From assembly GCA_030141605.1 (NCBI GenBank), contig JAQGDQ010000692.1, positions 15,489 to 79,488 of the forward strand: a DNA stretch of 64,000 nucleotides, in the 5' to 3' direction. This DNA comes from Tubiluchus corallicola (Eukaryota > Animalia > Priapulida). The stretch's first letter is position 1. The number at the start of each line of letters is the position of its first letter. The translations under genes were made by a program, and so were the position numbers. Below the pieces are notes generated by a model. The model was not told the origin of the DNA. It saw only the letters and a program-made list of their open reading frames with translations, and ran no database searches. This document shows positions 11,628-24,467 of the stretch, piece after piece.

Positions 11628-13091
11628 ATGGAGAAGATTTTTGTTCTCTTTTGCTTATTCTTTGCCAGCGCGTTAAGTAGCGACGTACTGGAATTTGGTG
11701 ACTCCGATTTTAGTGACAAAATAGGAGATCATGAAATAATTTTAGTGGAATTTTTTGCTCCTTGGTGTGGTCACTGCAAGAAGTTGGCTCCAGAGTATGA
11801 AAAAGCAGCAAAAACCCTTGTAAATAATGATCCACCTGTGCCTTTAGCTAAAGTTGACTGTATCGCTAATCCTGACACTTGCAAAAAGTTTGGTGTAAGC
11901 GGCTATCCAACTTTGAAGATTTTCAGAGATGGGGAATTTTCTGCAGAATACCAAGGTCCGAGGGAAGCTGACGGTATAGTAAAATACATGAAGAGCCAAG
12001 TTGGTACAGCAACAAAAGAACTGAAGACCACGGAAGATTTTAACAAATTCATCGATGATTTTGATGCTAGTATCGTAGGATTTTTCGACTCTGAAAGTTC
12101 AAAAATGTTCACTACTTTTAAAAAAGTTTCGGAAGCGATGCGGGAAGACTACCGTTTTGCCCATACATTCTCATCTGACGTCGCCAAAGATGCCGGGGAT
12201 TATTCAGAAAACATTGTATTATATCGACCAAAAAGGCTTGCAAACAAATTTGAAGATGACAAAGTTAAGTATACAGATGATGATACAGTTTATAAAATAA
12301 AGCAATTTATTAAGAATAACATACATGGCCTCGTTGGACATAGGACGGTCAGTAATCAAAAGGAGTTTTCGGCACCAATTCTCACTGCCTTTTACGAAGT
12401 AGACTATGTAAAAAATTTGAAAGGCTCAAATTACTGGAGGAACAGAGTAATGAAAGTTGCAAGCCAATATACAGACAAGGATTTGAATTTTGCTGTCTGC
12501 AGTAATGCTGAATTTGTTGAAGAACTACACGAATTTGGACTGAAATTTATTGAAAAGCCAGTAGTGGCCATCAGAAATGCGGATGGCGAAAAATTCGCAA
12601 TGAAAGAAGAATTTAGCTTGCAAAATCTGCAGTCGTTTGTGAAGCAGTACTTTGATGGCAAATTACAGCCGTACCTGAAGTCAGAAGATGTTCCAACAAG
12701 TCAAGATCAGCCTGTCAAGGTCGTCGTAGCAAAGAATTTTGAAGAAATTGTGAATGATGAGAGTAAAGATGTTTTAGTCGAGTTCTACGCCCCTTGGTGT
12801 GGTCACTGTAAAAACCTTGCTCCAAAATATGATGAATTAGCTGAGAAACTAAAGGACGAAACAGACGTGGTTATCGCCAAAATGGATGCAACTGCAAACG
12901 ATGTGCCTTCTACCTATAAAGTATCCGGCTTTCCGACGTTGTACTGGGCCCCAAAAGATGGCAAGAAAAACCCTACAAAATACGACTCCGGTAGAGAAGT
13001 GGACGATTTTATTCAATTTATTGCCAAGCACAGCACAGACGAATTGAAGGGTTGGGATAGAAAGGGAAAGACAAAGAAGACAGAGTTATAG
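11628..13091 (+). CDS. PDIA3: Protein disulfide-isomerase A3 (ERp57/ERp60), single coding exon, 487 aa
   Basis: Signal peptide, two APWCGHCK thioredoxin active sites, ERp57-type NYWRNRV and YLKSE motifs, basic tail ending in KTEL ER-retention signal. Confidence 0.95.
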   Translation: MEKIFVLFCLFFASALSSDVLEFGDSDFSDKIGDHEIILVEFFAPWCGHCKKLAPEYEKAAKTLVNNDPPVPLAKVDCIANPDTCKKFGVSGYPTLKIFRDGEFSAEYQGPREADGIVKYMKSQVGTATKELKTTEDFNKFIDDFDASIVGFFDSESSKMFTTFKKVSEAMREDYRFAHTFSSDVAKDAGDYSENIVLYRPKRLANKFEDDKVKYTDDDTVYKIKQFIKNNIHGLVGHRTVSNQKEFSAPILTAFYEVDYVKNLKGSNYWRNRVMKVASQYTDKDLNFAVCSNAEFVEELHEFGLKFIEKPVVAIRNADGEKFAMKEEFSLQNLQSFVKQYFDGKLQPYLKSEDVPTSQDQPVKVVVAKNFEEIVNDESKDVLVEFYAPWCGHCKNLAPKYDELAEKLKDETDVVIAKMDATANDVPSTYKVSGFPTLYWAPKDGKKNPTKYDSGREVDDFIQFIAKHSTDELKGWDRKGKTKKTEL

Positions 13092-13429
13092 GTTAGCTGT
13101 TGATAATAAACCACAATAAAATGTCACATAGCAAAAATTGATTTGTATTAAGAGGAAGCCATGCATTCCATACTGTTACGCTAAGTACTAAAATTTTGCA
13201 TATAATTTATAAAAGACCCTTACTTACCTGGTGAAATTTTCTTCAATGAATATCAGAATATGTTGTTGTTGGCAATACGTTTTTATGGCAGCGAGATTTT
13301 CGGTACTGCAATGTTGTTCTAGACGTGATATATGTACATACACGTATAAGTCTATTAGTAGAATGTTGCTGTAACTAATCTGCCTGGACAATTTCCGTAA
13401 TTTATGTTTAAATTTAGTATTGTGTTACG

Positions 13430-14393
13430 TAGTGATGGGCGATTTTGAAATTGTGTAATTTGATTATAATCTTGTTCTTGCAATTCGATTCGATGCCACA
13501 ATTAATCTTTTGTAGTAATTGTTTAGTGTTTTAGCCATATTTTCAAACATTGCAGCACTGAAATATAGCTTATAACAGGGGTGTGCAAATTATCTGACTA
13601 GCTACATTAAACTTTCCCGCAATTCCTGCAGGCCACGGGCAGTTTGATCAAGGAGCAAAGTACAGAAAGGCCTAATAATGAGTTTTTTGCATACGACCTG
13701 CGTACATCATTACTACTACACTCAAGAAACTATTTTAGAAGTTATTAAAATTTATATTACAAACCATATATTTCTACTTTCAGGACAGATAGTGGTAATT
13801 TCATTACAATGCATATTAGTAATGTGTATCACACAGTCTGTGTAGTACAGTGACATTAAGCTCTTGTAAGGGTTAATCGCATCCGATCTAGTAGAAAAAA
13901 CTACCCGCACTATCTTTGGGATGGTGGCACAGACTTCAGCTGGATACACTCAATTAATTGCCCGGGCCGCACTTTCATTAGGTTGACAAATCTCCTCGCG
14001 GGCCGCACAAATTCTCTCGGCGGGCCGCAATTTGCACACCCCCGGCTTATAAACTTCTTCATGGCTTTCGTCGCTGTCTGCCATTTTTTGTACCTGCAAA
14101 CTATCTTTACAGAGCACATACATTCATTAACTACTCTATCACTATGTCAACTACACATACAACCACACATCACTACATCTCAACCACGTGAAAGCGAATA
14201 AGAAGCCCCAGTTTGCAACACTGTTGTTTGCAATTGTGTGCATCGTGTAAGGTGAGAAAAACGAAGAAAAAATGTAAGGGTTTTGTCAGTATGCACATAT
14301 TTTCTCATTTAACTGAATTACTGTTTAATGGCCGATTATATTTGAGTTATACATGGTTGTAATCTCGATTAATTGATTAATCGCCCATCTCTA
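13430..14393. mobile_element. TIR element (hAT-like MITE) hosting the nested family A MITE, downstream of PDIA3
   Basis: Ends TAGTGATGGGCGATT and AATCGCCCATCTCTA are inverted repeats (1 mismatch); flanked by a 164-bp direct duplication. Confidence 0.75.
13576..14044. mobile_element. hAT MITE family A, full copy, nested in another TIR element
   Basis: TIR CAGGGGTGTGCAAATT...AATTTGCACACCCC(C/T)G; 8-bp TSD GCTTATAA on both sides. Confidence 0.92.
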
Positions 14394-16100
14394 TTGCTGG
14401 CAATACGTTTTTATGACAGTGAGATTTTTGGTACTGCAATGTTGTTCTAGACGTGATATATGTACATACACGTATAAGTCTATTAGTAGAATGTTGCTGT
14501 AACTAATCTGCCTGGACAATTTCCGTAATTTATGTTTGAATTTATTATTGTGTTATGTAGCAAAATGTATGAAATATTAGCCTATTACATTTCCATTTCC
14601 AGAACTTGCGTTAATATGAACAGTTTTACAAACTTTGGCATGCCAGCGTACAAGTATGCGTGAAATCTGCATCATTGAAGAAGCAAAAAAAATCTACAGA
14701 GATCTCGGTCTTTTGCTTATGCAGAATTATGAACGTTAGCTCATAAAGATTGGCAATTTGTCTTTTTAATGTTGTCTACAGCGTGCTGTCATTACATCGT
14801 ACACTTAATTGACTTTGCATATTTTACCGGTTGAGTTTGTTTATGTAAAAAAAATAAGATGGGACATAAACTAGGCCTAGAATCGTAAGTTGGTTTTTCA
14901 ATCTAGTGCGAAGTTCTCGTTTTGCTGGCCTACACACATGCAAGAAATTTAGACATAATAAGACAACACAGGCTTTATTTGTTATATTCTATTTACTTTA
15001 ATTCTTGTTTTTCTTTGAAAATGGTGTTGTAATGTTATATCAGCAGTAATAGCAAGGGGATGATTATGGTTTCTTTATACTAGTTTTACTACTTGATAGT
15101 CGTGGATAACTTACTGCAGAAAGGTGCAATAAATTTAACATATTTTCAAATGATTTTTTTTACCTAAGTATGTGTAGACTTAACTCAACATAACTCATGT
15201 TATTTACCTTCTGAAGCTACTTAATTTTTCGCTTTTCTGTACGAACAAAATGTGGAACAACGGAGGAAAAATTTTACTAGAAATGTTTGTCGTTATTGTT
15301 TTATTTTTAAACATCATAGACTTTAAATACGATGGTGAAAGCACTTAAAGAAAGACTGGATGACTGGACTTTCACCCACCCCATTTTCAAATACGGTAAA
15401 AGTATAAATTTTAACATCAGTAATACCAAAAAAGCATTTCTGATAATTAAATAATAGATTAAAATAAGCTCAACTATTGATGACATCACAAACGAACATA
15501 ATTTTCAGCAGGAAAAACATTCCATAAAGCAAAAGAGAAGATCGAAGTACAATGTTACGTGACTGTAACATATCCAGTGTGTTGTACTAAAACTAGGCAA
15601 ACTAAGATGAAATTTCAAATTTGCTGTGCTCATGCAATACCTTACAAACGAACACTTCTTAACCGAGAGGTACAACACCTGCTTTTTGTGCAACTTGTTT
15701 CCGAAATGCAGGCCCATGTAACTAGTGAATGTTGAAATGCATGTAACAGCAAAGAACTAGTGGCACGAATGTGACATTGTGTTTGTGTGGTAATAGTTCT
15801 TTCATGTAAGTCATTCTGTTTCCTTTCAATACTTTAAATGGCCGACTGTTGTGACCTACAGTTTAAGATTGGGTCCGGTTTTATTTTAACATTTGGTCAT
15901 TTGGAGTTTATGTCACCATCACGAATGAGTGTAATTGCATACACGTGAATAGTACTCCAGGCTGTTTCCAGTTGCAGTAACATCCAACGAAGCACCAATC
16001 AATTGAAGAACAGGCATCTGTACATTGGGTGTGGTCAATGAACTACATTTGATAAAATAAGGTTACCTGAACTGTTTATACATACAGAGAAGCCCATTAT

Positions 16101-16735
16101 TACTGAGATCTCACTTGAATTAACAGAAAATCAGAGCTGAACTGATTCGTCTTAAGCAGTTTTGAATGAGATCTCACTTGAATTAACAGAAAATCAGAGC
16201 TAAACTGATTCATCTTAAGCAGTTTTGACTGAGATCTCACTTGAATTAACAGAAAATCAGAGCTAAACTGATTCGTCTTAAGCAGTTTTGAATGAGATCT
16301 CACTTGAATTAACAGAAAATCAGAGTTGAACTGATTCGTCTTAAGCAGTTCTGACTGGGATCTCACTTGAATTAACAGAAAATCAGAGTTAAACTGATTC
16401 GTCTTAATCAGTTCTGACTGAGATCTCACTTGACTTAACAGAAAATCAGAGCTGAACTGATTCATCTTAAGCAGTTCTTACTGAGATCTCACTTGAATTA
16501 ACAGAAAATCAGAGTTTAACTGATTCATCTTAAGCAGTTTTGACTGAGATCTCACTTGAATTTACAGAAAATCAGAGCTGAACTGATTCGTCTTAAGCAG
16601 TTCTGACTGAGATCTCACTTGAATTAACAGAAAATCAGAGCTGAACTGATTCGTCTTAATCAGTTCTGACTGAGATCTCACTTGAATTAACAGAAAATCA
16701 GAATTAAACAGATTCGTTTTGAACAGTTTTTAACT
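16101..16735. repeat. 63-bp minisatellite, about 10 copies, 300 bp downstream of FANCF stop
   Basis: Palindrome TGAGATCTCA recurring every 63 nt. Confidence 0.95.
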
Positions 16736-17038
16736 ACAATGTACATGCAGATAACTTCGACTAACATCCTAGAAAATCCAAATAATTAGAAACGCTTGAT
16801 GGCTGACTTATGGACGATTTTGTTATGCGAGCACACACATGAAGTTTCATAGGATTGAATACTTTTGTCTATTTTACAAATGCGTGCCTTGTTGTTTGCT
16901 TCATCAAATGCTCTTCACACCTGCTATATCTTTTCTGGATGATCTTTTACTGCAAGCGATTTTTGGCAATTTCACACCAATGTTCGCAAAAACTGAATAA
17001 CAGAAAAGCATAGTAAACTCAGCTTGGACAACAACACG

Positions 17039-20000
17039 TCATGAATTAACAGAACTGATGACTGTCCTCACATCTTTCCACAAAGTGAAATTTTCCTTTG
17101 AGCAAAGACGATCTAATGTTTCTTTGGTTTCTCCAGAAATGGAAGTGGCTTCGTTGACAGTAAGTGATTCAACATGTTTACACAACATCTTGAACGTACA
17201 AGCATCACTAAATGTTGCCTTGTCCAGTTGCTTAAGCCTAACCAAAAAAAAGAAGGAATATCAATAAGCCTTTCCACAGTTCCAGGGATTGCTGATGATC
17301 ATGAAAAGGTCAAAGGTTAAGTGTACCAGACAACGCCTTTGTGTACACTTGACAACACCTCGCAGCCCAAGCTGTTGTAACAGTAACAGTTTTAGCAGCC
17401 AGCTAGAACCTTAACCTAGTTCATTGTTTCTTGTTCAAAAGCAAGATCCTGCTAGTAAATCACTTTATACACAGACTAAAGCATAATTAAGTAAAGTCCA
17501 CATAAAACAACTGAGGTTATTGAACTGATGAGGGACACAGCTTTGCTTTATCCACATGACACATGACGGTTGTAGTTAAGACGCATTGCTGTGGTACACT
17601 TAACCTTTGATCTATAGCAACTGCACGTGCGCACAACGAAACTGTGAAAAAACAACTTCAGATTTACACATCAATCAAAAGTTAGCGAAGCATTATAGTT
17701 TTGAGTTTAGTAATTTACAGAAAAATATAATTATTGTTACTAAAATTTTGTTGAAAACTGAAAATACCGAGTCTCTCGTTTGTAGAGTTTTCATTTTTTT
17801 AACTGTATGTTATTGTCACAGTGTTTGAGCAGGTAAATATTATCAGCTATAGTAACTATGCAAAATTTGAGTGCACCAATTAAGGCTCATCCACTAGCAA
17901 CTTGCTATAGCAAATTACAATCAATATGATGGATGGTGCTGCCATCTACTGTCAGAATGACTAGTTACATAACGAATGCAGAACAACAGGCTCATCCACT
18001 AGCAACCTGCTATAACAAATTACAATCAATATGATGTATGGTGCTGCCATCTACTATCAGAATGACTAGTTACATAACGAATGCAGAACAACAAGTGTAA
18101 AAGGCCCACGAAAGTAAAAATCATGCAATCCATTTGTTTCCAAAGTGATTTATGAAAAATTCTACAAGCAGTTAGTCTTACAGACACTCCCAAAAACAGA
18201 CGACCATATAACTCAATTGGAAAGAAGTCAAAAGTTTTTATAGTTTCATCATGAATTGTGTGCATGCTCTGCAAATGTCCATAAGTCGGCAATTAAGCTT
18301 TTCTAGTTATTCGCATATCCTGAATCTCCATTTCATGAGGGTCATTTTGATACCAAGCTCATCACTCTATGTTATTTCTAAGCTGAGATAATCAATGTTG
18401 AAGTTGAGGTGCACGCTACGTAAGGGCATTGAAAAACATAATCTCCAGAAAATCGCTGCAAAAGTTAGCCATTGTTTTTCGTCGCGTTCCTACAAAACAC
18501 TTAGCAACCGTAAAAATGTTGGTTGCCACGGGCTTTGCAAGAACACGTGTTTAAATCCAGGAGATGGCTCTTCCTGACGAAGGTCTGGGCTTCGCAACAG
18601 AAAAAAATCCGAAGCAAAATGACTGCTTCTACGAGCTGCTATCAGAGTTTGAAATTAGGAGTTTCTTTACAATTGCAGTACCAGTTTCTAGTCAGAAAAC
18701 TGGGGTACGGAGTTATAAAATTAGATTTTTGTATTTATTGAACATTTTCTTGATAATTTGATGCTACAATATAAAAGTTCAATAGCATTTGTTTTTATAA
18801 AAAAAACAACAACAAAAAATTGACATTAGACCAAATTTTTTGTGCATTCTGCAATGTTAGAAAATTTTCTATTAAATACAATGGCCCTTACATATGGAAT
18901 TCAATTGCTCCAGCTATTAAAAATGCCAACTCGCTTTCCATATTTAAAAAAAATATAAATTAAACTTACTTGAAACATATAACTGATGACTCAATCATGA
19001 TTTGTTGTTTTTCATTTTCAAAAACTTGTATAGTATAATAATATTTTTATTACTTCCCACCCGTATTTACATTTGTATATATTGTAATATTGTATCTGTA
19101 TATATTATAATTTTTTTCGTAACTAATTCTAGTGGCCTACCATACGCTAGCTTCTTAGGTCTCTAGCGCAATATTCATGAATTGTATCATATTTTTGTAT
19201 TAACAAAACCTGATTATCGTGCACATGTAATGTATATGTATATGTATATGTTTATTGCGAAATAAATCTATTAAAAAAAAGAAGCATCATGGCGTAATTT
19301 TAACTGTTCCGACTTGTGGATGGTTCTGATTTGCAAACACACAATTATAGAAATAATCCGTAATTATGTACAACTTTCTTGTGCTGATGATTTGAAAACA
19401 TCATTCTTGAATTGAGTAAAGTTTTTTGAGAGTAAACCAATGTCCTCACCGCCACGTCATCTGAGGTGTGCTATAATCAGGGTACATACAATCAGCCATT
19501 TCCACTAAAGTTTTCATATACAAAACATAAAACTCGTGCCACTTAGAAGCCACCGTAGCCAAAGTCTCAAGCGGAACACACCAGAGCCATCTAGAGGAAA
19601 AAGGAAATATAATTGTACACACATCTCACTTTTTATGGCAAGCAAAAATTTCTGTGCAATTATTAGATGAGTCACGTCATCAGCGATAGCATCAAGAATA
19701 GTAGGTAAAATTAGTGGGGGTGCTCCTTCAGAAAATATTTAGACCTCTTTTTCAATATTGTGTGAAACGAAACAAGACATATGTAATTTTAATGTTGCAA
19801 GTTGCAATTGTAGTTTTAAATGGTGGGAATTATGGAAGTTTATACATAAATTTGATAAAATCCTAAACAAAAAAATATTTTTTGCTTACTAATAGCCAGT
19901 TCAAGCTTGATCCATTCACGGTAAGCATGTGAGAACTGACAACAAACTGTGCAAAGGACAGTACTTTCTCTACCTGGGCTCAGACATGCCATGCGCACAA

Positions 20001-23000
20001 CAGTCAAACACCGCATCGCTTTTAAAAGATAATCAGTAATGAGTAATCAGTAACGGATTACACTTACTAAAAGTAATCAGTATGAGTAATCAGTAACAGA
20101 GTAATGCTTACAATTACTAAAAGTAATCAGTAACTGATTACACTTACTAGAAGTAATTGGTATGAGTAATCAGTAATGGATTACACTTACTAAAAGTAAT
20201 CAGTATGAGTAATCAGTAACGGAGTAACGGTTACCCTTACTAAAAGTAATCAGTAATGAGTAATCTGTAACTGATTACTCTTACTAAAAGTAATCAATAA
20301 TGAGCAATCAGTGACGGATTACCCTTACTAAAAGTAATCAGTAATGAGTAATCAGTGACGGATTACTCTTACTAAAAGTAATCAGTAATGAGTAATCAGT
20401 AACAGAGTAACGGTTACCCATACTAAAAGTAATCAGTAACGGATTACACTTACTAAAGGTAATGAGTAATCAGTGACGGATTACACTTACTAAAAGCAAT
20501 CAGTATGAGTAATCAGTAACGGAGTAACGGTTACCCTTACTAAAAGTAATCAGTAACGGATTACACTTACTAAAAGTAATGAGTAATCAGTGACGGATTA
20601 CACTTACTAAAAGCAATCAGTATGAGTAATCAGTAACGGAGTAACGGTTACCCTTACTAAAAGTAATCAGTAACGGATTACACTTACTAAAAGTAATGAG
20701 TAATCAGTGACGGATTACACTTACTAAAAGCAATCAGTATGAGTAATCAGTAACGGAGTAACGGTTACCCTTACTAAAAGTAATCAGTAACGGATTACAC
20801 TTACTAAAAGTAATGAGTAATCAGTAACGGATTACACTTACTAAAAGCAATCAGTATGAGTAATCAGTAACGGAGTAACGGTTACCCTTACTAAAAGTAA
20901 TCAGCAATGAGTTATCACGACAAATTACTTTACAAAAGTAACGAACCCATCACTGTTAAAGAATAAAGCCTTTACCTGTAAGATTTTGAGCTGCAGTAAT
21001 CCAGTAACCAAGTCTTGAGAAAAGTTTCTTTTGAAAGTTTAACATTATCAGTATCAGTGGTATCCATAATGAGATGCAAGACGTTAAAAATAACTTCCTG
21101 AAAAGAGTAGATATAAGAATAGTTTTAATAATTTAAGAACGAAAAATAAAATCAAAATGTTAAATGCAAAAATATTGCAAGATTGTATGAAAATGGACAA
21201 TAGACTTCCTAGCATTTATTGAACTATGGTGCAATTTATGGCAACTAATCATTAAAGGACAAGAAAGCCATTTATTTACATGAAGCAAAAAAAAATTATT
21301 TGAAATTTCGCATTACCTACAGATTGTCTTATTGCATACAGGGTTTGCAGTAGTAGAATTCTGTATAAAACTTTAAAATAAAAAAAACAACCATTAGGCA
21401 CAGCCAATTTGATGGCAAGTTGTTTGAAACAAGTTTAGATAAAATTGCGCGAAGTTTGAAAAAATAATCAGAGCTTCCGTAACGCACACGTTACTAACAA
21501 CGTAAAAGTTTAAATTACTTTACGTTGTCAATAAGATTAATAATATGTTTTTGGTGAGTCGGTCACACACACTGGAAAGACGAGTCATTGACGTTTTACC
21601 AGTCGGTGCGAACGTTTTAAATTACTAAGAATTTTCTTTTCTCTTATATAAGTCTTTCAAACGGATAAGTGTAAACCTAAGTAATATAACTTCGTATAGA
21701 AAACTTTTTGGAGTATGCTTCGGTACTCCCTTATCGTCCCTTTAGGAATGAAATATACTAGAAACAAGCATGTTAAAAATACAGAAATATCCTAAAATGT
21801 ATGAAAACGGATATCAGAATTCTTACCATTTAGTGAACTAGGGTAATTTATGGCGTGCAATAATTAACAATCATAATCATCCACATTGTACAATAATTAA
21901 CAATCATAATCATCCACATTGTACAATAATTAACAATCATAATCATCCACATTGTACAATAATTAACAATCATAATCATCCACATTGTACAATAATTAAC
22001 AATCATAATCATCCACATTGTACAATAATTAACAATCATAATCATCCACATCAATAATTAACAATCATAATCATCCACATTGTACAATAATTAACAATCA
22101 TGATCATCCACATTGTACAATAATTAACAATCATAATCATCCACATTGTACAATAATTAACAATCATAATCATCCACATTGTACAATAATTAACAATCAT
22201 AATCATCCACATTGTACAATAATTAACAATCATAATCATCCACATTGTACAATAATTAACAATCATAATCATCAACATTGTACAATAATTAACAATCATA
22301 ATCATCCACATTGTACAATAATTAACAATCATAATCATCAACATTGTACAATAATTAACAATCATAATCATCCACATTGTACAATAATTAACAATCATAA
22401 TCATCCACATTGTACAAAAACAATCTCACAAAAATTGAGATATTGTCTTAAAAATGCTGTTAATGTAAGTAAAAGTTTCTTACTAGTCCCCGGGTTTCAT
22501 TTGCAATGCGCTCAAGTTTATTCATCAAATATATACGCACCCTGAAAAAAGTATTTAATGAAAATAAGTATTACGGCATTGGCAACATAGTTTATGTAAC
22601 CTACATTTCATACTACGTTGAGATGCATTCATACTATCACTGCTTTCTCTTATAATACTAGATTTTTGCATGAAAATTGTTCATTGTAAATTTTTTAAGA
22701 AGTCTGCGAAGACAAATCAATTACTATTATTATTGTTAATTCTTTATTAAATGTGGATAACAACAAAATAAACAAATTTAAAATTGTTTCCAAAGTGATA
22801 CACAAAATAAAATAAAGGCAAATAACATTACAGAAACTTTGTACACTGGAAGCTTTAAAACCACAAAAACACAAAATCCAAAGCTTTAGAAATTACACAG
22901 TTAAAAAAACAATTATAAATACCGAGTCATAAAATCTGTTTTAGAAATTACACAGTTAAAAAAACAATTAAAAATACCGAGTCATAAAATCTGTTTTAGA

Positions 23001-24390
23001 AATTACACAGTTAAAAAAACAATTATAAATACCGAGTCATAAAATCTGTTTAAGAAATTACACAGTTTAAAAACAATTTAAAATACCGAGTCATAAAATC
23101 TGTTTTAGAAATTACACAGTTTAAAAAAACAATTAAAAATACTGAGTCATAAAATCTGTTTTAGAAATGACACAGTTCAAAAAAACAATTAAAAATACCA
23201 AGTCATAAAATCTGTTTTAGAAATGACACAGTTAAAAAAACAATTAAAAATACCGAGTCATAAAATCTGTTTTAGAAATTACACAGTTTAAAAAAACAAT
23301 TAAAAATACCGAGTCATAAAATCTGTTTTAGAAATTACACAGTTCAAAAAAACAATTAAAAATGCCGAGTCATAAAATCTGTTTTAGAAATTACACAGTT
23401 TAAAAAAATAATTAAAAATATCGTGTCATAAAATCTGTTTAAGAGATTACACAGTTAAAAAAACAATTAAAAATACTGAGTCATAAAATCTGTTTAAGAA
23501 ATTACACAGTTCAAAAAAACAATTAAAAATACCGAGTCATAAAATCTGTTTAAGAAATTACACAGTTTAAAAAAGCAATTTAAAATACCAAGTCATAAAA
23601 TCTGTTTTAGAAATCACACAATTTAAAAAACAATTAAAAATACCGAGTCATAAAATTTGTTTTAGAAATAACACAGTTTAAAAAAGCAATTAAAAATACA
23701 GAGCCATAAAATCTGTTTAAGAAATGACACAGTTTAAAAAAACAATTAAAAATACTGAGTCATAAAAAGCACTCACTGGCAGGGACTACTTGCAGTGGAA
23801 TGATATGTGGCATGCCCAGACCGCCGTCCCGTTATCAAGGAAAACTGAACGGCACAGATAAACTATAATCAGATTTGCAGACAGAAATACCCATTCTAGG
23901 CAACCACCCAGCCATTTAGCAGGTTCGACACTACCTAGCTTTGTTTTTTCAGTGCATGCCATAACCACTCAGCTATTTAGCACATCTGAGCAAATTTTGC
24001 ATATCATGTAAAACAAAACACCCAATTAGCAACTGGTTTTAACTAAAAGTACGCACCTCTCGGTCGTGATGAACTCGAGCAAGTTCTCAATATGTTTGTC
24101 CAATAATCGAGCTTGAGCCTTCATTGCTGATGCCAGCATAGTCGCTTGCAACAATTCATTTCCCGATTCACTGAGCTGGTCGAGTACTTTATGAAGATCA
24201 CTTGTTGGCTGGTTGGCAGTCTGGATTAATTCCTACAGTAGAAAACCACATAGACCAAATTACCTGTACTTCCCTTTCATTTAAACTTCTGCTCCCTGTT
24301 TGCTTTATGCGAACATACTGCCTCCTCTCTCTCTCTCTCTCTCTCTCTCCCTCTCACTTGCTTTCTCTCTCTCTCTCCTTCACTCTCTCT

Positions 24391-24467
<77 letters not shown>

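Noticed and set aside
16100-16465. 121-aa repetitive ORF, and the similar MWMIMIVNYCT ORFs at 21848-22410
   Set aside because: Translations of 63-bp and 33-bp minisatellites.
23777-23870. Possible extra FANCF exon (donor CCA|GTGAGT)
   Set aside because: Stop codon in the required phase; the model closes without it via exon 22541-22484.
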